Below are positions 25,221-32,000 of a DNA stretch of 32,000 bases, one piece after another (position 1 is the stretch's first letter; every line of letters begins with the position of its first letter). Made by a program: the position numbers and the translations under genes. The notes under the pieces are model-generated. The model was not told the DNA's origin. It worked only from the letters and a program-made list of their open reading frames with translations, and did no database searches. The stretch comes from an uncultured Flavobacteriaceae bacterium (GTDB lineage: Bacteria > Bacteroidota > Bacteroidia > Flavobacteriales > Flavobacteriaceae). The stretch is taken from the NCBI GenBank assembly GCA_964489245.1, contig CAZAXU010000013.1, positions 13,790 to 45,789 of the forward strand, written 5' to 3'.

Positions 25221-25754
25221 CTATAAATGTAAAAGACTATCAATTTTGCGTTTCAGCTCGTCTCCCCATAAATTTTTTCCGATGATTTTTCCTTTTTTAT
25301 CGATTAAAAACATACTTGGAAGTTTTTTGATCTGATACAGCTTAAGAATTTTTTTGTTTTTATCTATGATTTGTTGCCAGGGAACAGAATCTTGTTTGAT
25401 GGCTTTCAGCCAAAAATGTTCGTGACGATCAGATGAAATACCAATGATATTGAGTCCGTTAGCGTGAAATTGTTCGTATAGTTTTTTATAAAAAGGATTG
25501 GCGGATTCTCTGCAGGGACGACACCAAGAAGCCCAAAAATCTATAATAGTAGCTTTGCCCATGGCTTTTTCAAGAGATAGTTGCTTATTGTCTGGTGTTG
25601 TGCCGCTGAAATTGATAGCATAAAATCCCGTTTGAGGTTTTTCCATATTTTTCAGATGAGGCTGAATTGTATATTTACTGCTGTGTTGACAGGATGCAAT
25701 GAGCAGGAAGAAGGATAATACGGGGGCTGAATGCTTAAACCATTTCAATATCAA
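25221..25754 (-). CDS. TlpA/ResA-like thiol-disulfide oxidoreductase lipoprotein
   Basis: 177 aa. Lipobox LLIASC and the thioredoxin-fold motif FWASWCRPC. The start overlaps the upstream gene's end by 20 nt. Confidence 0.85.
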   Translation of the reverse strand: MILKWFKHSAPVLSFFLLIASCQHSSKYTIQPHLKNMEKPQTGFYAINFSGTTPDNKQLSLEKAMGKATIIDFWASWCRPCRESANPFYKKLYEQFHANGLNIIGISSDRHEHFWLKAIKQDSVPWQQIIDKNKKILKLYQIKKLPSMFLIDKKGKIIGKNLWGDELKRKIDSLLHL

Positions 25755-26661
25755 AATGAGTTAAATTTTTAAATTGTTGCAATCGGTTTCTGATTTCCTC
25801 ATGCTGAAGCGATTCAAGTCGTTTCGTACCGAATTTTTCAACCGTAAAAGATGCCAGGTTTGAACCGCAAATCACGGCATTTTTCATGCTCTCAAAAGAA
25901 ATGCTTTTATTTTTTGCCAATTTTCCCATGAACCCGCCGGCAAAGGCATCTCCGGCGCCTGTCGGGTCAAACACTTCCTCAAGAGGAAGTGCGGGGGCAA
26001 AGAAAATATTTTTTTGATGAAATAGAAGTGCGCCGTGTTCTCCTTTTTTAATGATAACATATTTTGGTCCCATTTCTTGGATTTTTTTGGCAGCGGAAAC
26101 CAATGAATATTCTTTGGTTAATTGGCGGGCTTCTTCGTCATTTACAATCAGAATATCTATGAGTTGAAGCACGTTGAGTAATTCTTCCCAAGCGGTATCC
26201 ATCCAAAAGTTCATGGTGTCTAAAGCAATAAGTTTAGGTTTTTGTGTCATTTGTTCAATCACAGACTTTTGAATATTAGGATGCAGATTGCCAAGCATTA
26301 GAAAATCAGCATCTGAAAATTGTTTTGGCACAATGGGATTGAAATCTTCTAAAACATTGATCTCAGTGATCAGTGTGTCTCTTTTATTCAAGTCGTTGTG
26401 ATATTTTCCTTTCCAATAGAAAGTTTTTTGGTTTTTGACGATTTTAATACCATCAATATTGATATTTCTGTTTCGAAAAAGTTGCAGATAGGTATTTGGA
26501 AAATCGTTTCCTACAACGGAGACTATTCCGATTTCGGTGCCGGATAATGCGGCGGACATCGAAATGTATGAAGCAGAACCACCCAAAATTTTTCCGGTTT
26601 TTCCAAAAGGTGTGATGATTTCATCAAAGGCAACCGTGCCGACTACAAGAATTTTTGACAT
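25735..26661 (-). CDS. PfkB-family (ribokinase-like) sugar/nucleoside kinase
   Basis: 308 aa with N-terminal GGSASY and the C-terminal PfkB signature DPTGAGDAFAGGF. Confidence 0.85.
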   Translation of the reverse strand: MSKILVVGTVAFDEIITPFGKTGKILGGSASYISMSAALSGTEIGIVSVVGNDFPNTYLQLFRNRNINIDGIKIVKNQKTFYWKGKYHNDLNKRDTLITEINVLEDFNPIVPKQFSDADFLMLGNLHPNIQKSVIEQMTQKPKLIALDTMNFWMDTAWEELLNVLQLIDILIVNDEEARQLTKEYSLVSAAKKIQEMGPKYVIIKKGEHGALLFHQKNIFFAPALPLEEVFDPTGAGDAFAGGFMGKLAKNKSISFESMKNAVICGSNLASFTVEKFGTKRLESLQHEEIRNRLQQFKNLTHFDIEMV

Positions 26662-26700
26662 GATAGAATAGTTTTATACGACTATAAAGATAGTGATTAA

Positions 26701-27138
26701 TTAATTATTTTTTCCGGTACTTCCAAAACCTCCGCTTCCTCTGCCTGTGTCATCAAGATGCTCTGTTTGATGCCATTCTATTTTTTCATATTTGTTAATG
26801 ATCATTTGAGCAATACGATCTCCATCTTTGATCTCAAAATCATCTTGAGAAAAATTAATCATAATAATGCCTATTTCTCCACGATAGTCAGCGTCGATGG
26901 TTCCGGGGGTGTTTGCAAGGCTGATTCCATGTTTGATTGCTAATCCGCTGCGGGGTCTGATCTGAGCTTCATAGCCGTCAGGAAGTGCAATATATAAACC
27001 TGTTGGAACAATTGTTCTTTCCATAGGTTTGAGTATAATCGGGTTATCCAGATTGGCATATAAATCCATTCCGGCAGATTGTGCCGTAGCATATTTTGGC
27101 AATTGATGTTTTGATTTGTTGATGATTTGTATTTTCAT
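26701..27138 (-). CDS. dut: dUTP diphosphatase
   Basis: 145 aa with [22 protein letters not shown] and the C-terminal [11 protein letters not shown] motif. Confidence 0.95.
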   Translation of the reverse strand: MKIQIINKSKHQLPKYATAQSAGMDLYANLDNPIILKPMERTIVPTGLYIALPDGYEAQIRPRSGLAIKHGISLANTPGTIDADYRGEIGIIMINFSQDDFEIKDGDRIAQMIINKYEKIEWHQTEHLDDTGRGSGGFGSTGKNN

Positions 27139-28253
27139 ATCTGAGTTTTGTTGATGATAAATTTTCTGGGAACACGTTGTGTAATAGAGGTAATAATTTC
27201 ATAAGGAATAGTGTTAAGCCGATCAGCCATTTGATAAATGTCATTTCTATTGTTGAATACAACCACATCGTCTCCGGCTCTACATTCAATATTTGTGACA
27301 TCCACACTGATGACATCCATGCTCACATTTCCTATAACAGAGGCTTTTTTTCCATTGATTGAAACATGATGATTTCCTTTTCCCAGTTTTCTGTTGAAAC
27401 CGTCTGCATATCCCAAAGCAAGCAAAGCTGTTTTCGTGTTTTTTTGTGCGATGAAATTTCTGTTATAACCAACCGTTTCTCCTTTTTTCAGTGTTTTGAT
27501 TTGACTGATTTTTGTTTTCAGTTGTGCGATGGGGCGCAGTGTCAATTTGTGTTCAGGAATCAAATTAAAACCAAAAAGTCCTAATCCCGGGCGAATCATG
27601 TCAAATTGGGCTTCCGGAAATCTGAAAATTCCGGCAGTGTTAAGCAAGTGTCTGAAGAAATTTTCTTTTGTTTCTTGCCGAATCTTTTTAGATATTATCT
27701 CAAAGTTAGTAATCTGTTTTTGTGTAAAGTCGTCTTCTTTTTTGTCTTCTGCCGCTGCAAGATGCGAAAAAACACTTTTCAGTTTGATTGTAGGATTTTG
27801 CTGAATTATTTTAATGGTATCATTGAGTTCATCACTTGTGATTCCTGCGCGATGCATTCCGGTATCCAACTTGAGATGAATCGGGAAATTTTGAATGGTA
27901 TTTTTTCGAAGAAAATCAGTTAATTTTTTCAGATAGAAAATAGAACTCACTTCCGGTTCCAATCGATAATCGATAAGTTCTTGAAAATCAATCAAGGACG
28001 GGTTAAAAATAATGAGATTGGTTTTGATGCCGTGGTTTCTCAGGCGAATGCCCTCATTGATATAAGCAACGGAAAAATAGTCAATATCTTGTTTTTCGAG
28101 ATATTTCCCAATTCCAACAGCATCCATACCATAGGCATTGCCTTTCAAATTGGCTAGTATTTTTGTGTTTGGGTTGATAAGATTTCTGAAAACATCAATG
28201 TTGTGCTGTAATCTTGCCAGATTGATTTCCAGAAAAGTTTCTCGAAACAACAT
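27135..28253 (-). CDS. alr: Alanine racemase
   Basis: 372 aa with the PLP-Lys context LKGNAYGMD, then RPGLGLFG and GYADG. ATGA overlap with dut. Confidence 0.9.
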   Translation of the reverse strand: MLFRETFLEINLARLQHNIDVFRNLINPNTKILANLKGNAYGMDAVGIGKYLEKQDIDYFSVAYINEGIRLRNHGIKTNLIIFNPSLIDFQELIDYRLEPEVSSIFYLKKLTDFLRKNTIQNFPIHLKLDTGMHRAGITSDELNDTIKIIQQNPTIKLKSVFSHLAAAEDKKEDDFTQKQITNFEIISKKIRQETKENFFRHLLNTAGIFRFPEAQFDMIRPGLGLFGFNLIPEHKLTLRPIAQLKTKISQIKTLKKGETVGYNRNFIAQKNTKTALLALGYADGFNRKLGKGNHHVSINGKKASVIGNVSMDVISVDVTNIECRAGDDVVVFNNRNDIYQMADRLNTIPYEIITSITQRVPRKFIINKTQI

Positions 28254-28256
28254 GAT

Positions 28257-28847
28257 CTATTTTTTTTCTTTTTTTTGCATGGCTTTTTTGAAAGCGGCGC
28301 GGCTCAAAGGCTCATATTCTTGAGTCTCGCCCAAAAGCACCAGTTCGTCACTTTCTGATTTTCGGTAGCTATAATGTGCCAAATTTCCGGTTTTTGTGCA
28401 AATGGCATGTACTTTCGTGACATATTCGGCAACAGCCATCAAATTTGGCATTGGTCCAAAAGGTTTCCCCATGAAATCCATATCTAATCCGGCAACAATC
28501 ACACGAACGCCATTGTTTGCTAATATGTTGCAGATATCAACAATTTTTCCGTCAAAGAATTGCGCCTCGTCAATGCCAACAACATCCACATCCTTAGATA
28601 GTTCCAAAATTTTGTCAACATCGGATACGGCAGTAGAGTGGATTTCATTTTGATCATGAGAAACAATGTTAGTGTCGTGATAGCGGGTGTCGATTTTCGG
28701 TTTAAAAATCTCTACCTTTTGATTGGCAAATTTAGCTCTTTTGAGTCGGCGGATTAGTTCTTCTGTTTTTCCGGAAAACATACTTCCGGCAATTACCTCA
28801 ATCCATCCTAAGTTTTCTTTATGATTTACAGGGATTTCTAAAAACAT
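28257..28847 (-). CDS. tdk: Thymidine kinase
   Basis: 196 aa with the P-loop [14 protein letters not shown], then IDEAQFF and the C-terminal Cys/His-rich lasso region. Confidence 0.93.
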   Translation of the reverse strand: MFLEIPVNHKENLGWIEVIAGSMFSGKTEELIRRLKRAKFANQKVEIFKPKIDTRYHDTNIVSHDQNEIHSTAVSDVDKILELSKDVDVVGIDEAQFFDGKIVDICNILANNGVRVIVAGLDMDFMGKPFGPMPNLMAVAEYVTKVHAICTKTGNLAHYSYRKSESDELVLLGETQEYEPLSRAAFKKAMQKKEKK

Positions 28848-29000
28848 ATGTTTGACTGAATTTTAACGTTATAATTATGTACTTTTGTAAAAACGAAAGT
28901 ATAATATTTTTGAAAATATTTTCAGTCTATCCCCAAAATGTTATTAACAATTTGTGGTTTGAAACAAGAGTTTTGTTTATGAATATTTAAAAAAACACTC

Positions 29001-29657
29001 ATGGATAAAAAAGTAGAATTAACCAATATTTTTAGAGCAGAATTGGTGTTGTTGTCCAAAAAGATTTTGAATAATATCAATCAAAGTGATCTGGATGAGA
29101 TATATCAATTTTCGAGAGAGCTGCATGAAAAAATTATGGGCATCAAGCTCTTGACAGAACACTTGAATCATGAAGAGTTATTAGATATGCAAAAAGGAAT
29201 TTCATCGGATGTTGTAGCATCAAACCGGCAAAAAGAAACTGTAGATTCAGAGAATATTTCGAGAGACTTTTCTGAAAAACAAGCTGAGATAAAAGATAGC
29301 AAAACGCCGTCAACCGTAGGTCAGATATATAAAAATATTTCAAATATGGAATTTGTGGCAAAGGAAAAACGAGAAATGGACCAGGATATTGAAAAGAAAG
29401 TTCAGAGTGAGCAAAAAAGTGTCGTTGAAAAGAAAATGAAAATAGGTATCAATGACAGAATTGCATTTGTAAAGCATTTGTTCGACGGAGATTCGGATAA
29501 ATATACAGAAGTTGTGGGTCGTTTGAATGCATTTGAGTCCTATGAGTTGGCATTGAACTATATCAGCTACGAAGTTAAGCCGAAATACAATTATTGGAAA
29601 GATAAGGATGAATATGAATTCAGGCTGATTCAGCTTTTGGAATTAAAATTTTCTTGA
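29001..29657 (+). CDS. Cytoplasmic protein of unknown function (218 aa)
   Basis: Helical N-terminus, charged low-complexity middle, and a C-terminal block (IGINDRIAFVKHLFDGDSDKYTEVV...VKPKYNYWKDKDEYEFRLIQLLE). The stop overlaps the rsmI ATG (TGATG). Confidence 0.65.
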   Translation: MDKKVELTNIFRAELVLLSKKILNNINQSDLDEIYQFSRELHEKIMGIKLLTEHLNHEELLDMQKGISSDVVASNRQKETVDSENISRDFSEKQAEIKDSKTPSTVGQIYKNISNMEFVAKEKREMDQDIEKKVQSEQKSVVEKKMKIGINDRIAFVKHLFDGDSDKYTEVVGRLNAFESYELALNYISYEVKPKYNYWKDKDEYEFRLIQLLELKFS

Positions 29658-30346
29658 TGAGCAGCGGAAAATTATACATAGTTCCTACCCCGATAGGCAA
29701 CCTGAAAGACATGACTTTCAGGGCTATTGATGTCTTGAAAGATGTCAATTTGATTCTGTCGGAGGATACCAGAACATCGGGAAAGTTATTGAAACATTTT
29801 GATATTGCAACACCTCAAAAATCTTTTCATAAATTCAATGAACACAAGAGTGTAGCTGTTTTTATCGACATGTTAAAGGCCGGAGAAAATTTGGCACTGA
29901 TCTCGGATGCAGGAACTCCGGCTATTTCAGACCCCGGTTACTTGCTTGTTCATCAAGCACTTGAAAATGATATTTTGACAGAAACTCTGCCGGGGGCAAC
30001 CGCTTTTGTTCCGGCATTGGTCAACTCGGGATTGCCAACTGAAAAATTTGTATTCGAAGGTTTTTTGCCTGTAAAAAAAGGAAGAAGAACACGTTTAAAA
30101 TTTTTGGAGGAGGAAACCCGAACAATGATATTTTATGAATCGCCACATAAATTGCTGCGGACATTAAAAGATTTCATAAGCCATTTCGGTGCAGACAGAA
30201 GCATATCGATTTCCAGAGAAATTTCCAAATTATATGAAGAGAATATTCAAGGGAGTTTAGAGGAATTATATGAGTATTTTAATGAAAAAACCATTAAAGG
30301 AGAGTTTGTCATTGTTGTTGCGGGAAAACCTAAACAAAAAAAGTAA
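29657..30346 (+). CDS. rsmI: 16S rRNA (cytidine1402-2'-O)-methyltransferase
   Basis: MSSGKLYIVPTPIGNLKDMTFRAIDVL and SDAGTPAISDPG are RsmI/tetrapyrrole-methylase signatures. The track start at 29654 is TTG; the ATG at 29657 is more likely. Confidence 0.9.
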   Translation: MSSGKLYIVPTPIGNLKDMTFRAIDVLKDVNLILSEDTRTSGKLLKHFDIATPQKSFHKFNEHKSVAVFIDMLKAGENLALISDAGTPAISDPGYLLVHQALENDILTETLPGATAFVPALVNSGLPTEKFVFEGFLPVKKGRRTRLKFLEEETRTMIFYESPHKLLRTLKDFISHFGADRSISISREISKLYEENIQGSLEELYEYFNEKTIKGEFVIVVAGKPKQKK

Positions 30347-30388
30347 AATAAGATTAGACGAACTGCTTGATATTCAATAAAAAGTTTA

Positions 30389-30396
30389 TATATTTG
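30389..30396 (+). promoter_or_regulatory. -7 promoter box TATATTTG for rpsP-rimM
   Basis: Exact TAnnTTTG, 59 nt upstream of the rpsP ATG. The leader contains the hairpin GAGGT cgggc ACCTC at 30426-30440. Confidence 0.5.
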
Positions 30397-30455
30397 CAGA
30401 CCAAAAATAAATTAAATTAATAATCGAGGTCGGGCACCTCATAAAATTAATCATT

Positions 30456-31115
30456 ATGCCAGTAAAAATCAGACTACAAAGACAAGGAAAAAAAGGAAAA
30501 CCGTTCTATTGGATAGTTGCTGCGGATGCACGCGCAAAAAGAGATGGTAAATATTTGGAAAAAATGGGAACTTATAATCCGACAAAAGTTCCGGCAGAAA
30601 TTACTTTAGATGTAGATACAGCCGTCAAATGGTTGATGAATGGTGCACAACCAACAGATACAGCCAGAGCAATTTTAAGATATAAAGGAGCGATGCTGAA
30701 GAAACATCTTTTGGTTGGGGTGAAAAAAGGAGCTTTTTCTGAGGAAGAAGCAACAAAAAGATTTGAAGCTTGGTTGAAAGAAAAAGAAGCCAAGATTCAA
30801 GCACATAAAGAAAAAGTTGATGCTGAAAGAGCTAAGCTTAAAGCAGAAAAATTAGAAAAAGAAAAAGCTTATAGCGAAGCAAGATTGGCTGCAATTAAGG
30901 CAAAAAATGAGGAGATTGTAGAAGAGGCAAATAAAGAAGCTGCCGCAGGAGAACAACGGGTTGATGTTGTTGAAGAGGCAATAGCCACAGAGCAGACCAT
31001 TGAAGAAGCTGCTCAAGAAGCTGCTCCTAAAGCGTCGGAAGCAGAAGCCGTTCCGGAAGTTGAAGAAAAAAAAGAAGAGAATACGCCTGAAGCCGAGAAA
31101 AAAACAGAAGAATAA
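30456..31115 (+). CDS. rpsP: 30S ribosomal protein S16 with a long K/E/A-rich C-terminal extension
   Basis: MPVKIRLQRQGKKGKPFYWIVAADARAKRDGKYLEKMGTYNP is canonical bS16. Residues ~90-219 form a low-complexity charged tail. Confidence 0.93.
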   Translation: MPVKIRLQRQGKKGKPFYWIVAADARAKRDGKYLEKMGTYNPTKVPAEITLDVDTAVKWLMNGAQPTDTARAILRYKGAMLKKHLLVGVKKGAFSEEEATKRFEAWLKEKEAKIQAHKEKVDAERAKLKAEKLEKEKAYSEARLAAIKAKNEEIVEEANKEAAAGEQRVDVVEEAIATEQTIEEAAQEAAPKASEAEAVPEVEEKKEENTPEAEKKTEE

Positions 31116-31126
31116 AACGCTCTTCC

Positions 31127-31654
31127 ATGAAGAAAGAAGAGGCTTATTATCTGGGTAAGATTGTAAAAAAATATGGACTGAAAGGAGAGCTCTTAGCCAA
31201 AATAGATACAGACGAACCTGAAACATATGAAAATTTGGAATCAGTTTTTCTTGATATAAAAGGAAAACTGATTCCTTTTTTTATGACTTCATGCAGTTTG
31301 CACAAGTCAAACTTGTTGCGCATTAAATTTGAAGATTTTGATACCGTTGAAGATGCAGAATCCTTGCAGGGAAAAGAAATGTACTTACCATTGAGTACTT
31401 TGCCTGAACTTACCGGAAATCAATTTTACTTTCATGAAGTGGTTGGTTTTCAAGCAGTAGATCATGAACTTGGAACTTTTGGTGTCATAAAGGCTATAAA
31501 TGACAATTCTCCTCAGGCCTTTTTCATTATTGTTGACCAAGAACACGAAATTTTGATTCCGGTTTCAGATTATTTTATTTCAAAAATTGATCGGAATAGT
31601 AAAACGGTTTTTTTTAATACGCCTGAAGGTTTGATAGATATCTATCGAAAATAG
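31127..31654 (+). CDS. rimM: 16S rRNA processing protein RimM
   Basis: 175 aa. YLGKIVKKYGLKGEL (RimM N-domain), FYFHEVVGFQAV (PRC barrel), and conserved position after rpsP. Confidence 0.9.
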   Translation: MKKEEAYYLGKIVKKYGLKGELLAKIDTDEPETYENLESVFLDIKGKLIPFFMTSCSLHKSNLLRIKFEDFDTVEDAESLQGKEMYLPLSTLPELTGNQFYFHEVVGFQAVDHELGTFGVIKAINDNSPQAFFIIVDQEHEILIPVSDYFISKIDRNSKTVFFNTPEGLIDIYRK

Positions 31655-31660
31655 GATATT

Positions 31661-32000
31661 TTGAAACAAAACTTTAAATTTAAACAATTCGAAATTTTTC
31701 AAGATATGGCTGCCATGAAGGTTGGGACAGACGGTGTTTTGCTGGGAGCTTGGGCGGAAGTAGAAAATCATGCCGATATTTTAGATGTTGGAACAGGAAC
31801 GGGGCTAATCGCTTTAATGCTGGCACAAAGAAATTCAACAGCAAACATTGATGCAATTGATTTAAATGAGAACGCCGTGATTCAGGCACAATATAATTTT
31901 ATGCAATCGGAATGGTCTGACAGGCTTAAGACGATACATTCTTCTTTACAGAATTTCAAACCAAGCAAAAAATATGATTTGATTATCAGCAATCCTCCTT
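31661..32000 (+). CDS. trmN6: tRNA1(Val) (adenine37-N6)-methyltransferase, YfiC/TrmN6-like (partial; 3' end outside the window)
   Basis: The open frame reads (L/M)KQNFKFKQFEIFQDMAAMKVGTDGVLLGAWAEV...ILDVGTGTGLIALMLAQR...DLIISNPP. It contains a SAM-binding motif I and the NPP(Y/F) motif IV. The conserved FKFKQF lies upstream of the first ATG (31706), so TTG at 31661 is the likely start. It is missing from the ORF track because it has no stop in the window. Confidence 0.8.
   Translation, partial: MKQNFKFKQFEIFQDMAAMKVGTDGVLLGAWAEVENHADILDVGTGTGLIALMLAQRNSTANIDAIDLNENAVIQAQYNFMQSEWSDRLKTIHSSLQNFKPSKKYDLIISNPP

Noticed and set aside
25735-28847. The tdk-alr-dut-pfkB-tlpA co-directional run as a possible functional system.
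   Set aside because: The overlaps (ATGA, 3-nt gap) indicate an operon, but the products are ordinary unrelated housekeeping functions: thymidylate metabolism, D-Ala supply, a sugar kinase and a periplasmic reductase. Compact core-genome packing is the simpler explanation.
28911-28924. Perfect 14-bp palindrome TGAAAATATTTTCA in the tdk / 218-aa-gene divergent region, considered as an operator.
   Set aside because: It is a pure A/T-rich palindrome with 7-bp arms, and several such are expected by chance in this composition. It overlaps a candidate -7 box (28905-28912), so the T-run is already explained.
1-32000. Searched by eye for CRISPR-like spaced direct repeats, tandem repeats, rRNA/tRNA genes, integrase/transposase or toxin-antitoxin-sized gene pairs, and compositional islands.
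   Set aside because: I found none. Apart from the two-copy module, the only repetitive sequence is codon-level low complexity in the S16 tail and the EnvC-like coiled coil.

Overview
Low-GC chromosomal segment from a Bacteroidota, most likely Flavobacteriia. The support for that placement is two type-A T9SS C-terminal sorting domains, a GldE-type CNNM protein, recurring TAnnTTTG -7 promoter boxes, a long S16 and a mevalonate-pathway kinase. About 90% is coding. I call 30 CDS, 2 of them truncated by the window edges. Nearly all are core housekeeping: typA, rnhB, polA, holB, dut, alr, tdk, rsmI, rpsP, rimM, an LD-carboxypeptidase, an EnvC-like protein and a U32-family protein. I see no rRNA, tRNA, CRISPR array, transposase, integrase or phage genes, and no convincing self-contained novel multi-gene system such as a defence island. 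Five things seem most worth a second look. (1) A roughly 100-nt module made of a 22-nt purine tract, a hairpin with a 16-position stem and an AT-rich box. It occurs twice in inverted orientation, each time directly upstream of a gene for a secreted or outer-membrane protein, at the end of an unusually long structured leader. One leader carries the only G8 tract in the window. (2) A GHMP kinase / UbiA prenyltransferase / GGGP-synthase cluster that resembles archaeal ether-lipid synthesis. (3) A U32 'peptidase' with an exact CX6CX15CX3C Fe-S motif. (4) An orphan 789-aa lipoprotein with a 7-repeat propeller next to gldE. (5) A translationally coupled pair of T9SS cargo genes (DUF1028 plus an Asp-box propeller). 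Several ORF-track starts (GTG/TTG) look over-extended, and I revised them using promoter boxes and conserved N-termini. Every functional call comes from motif recognition by eye; no database search was run.
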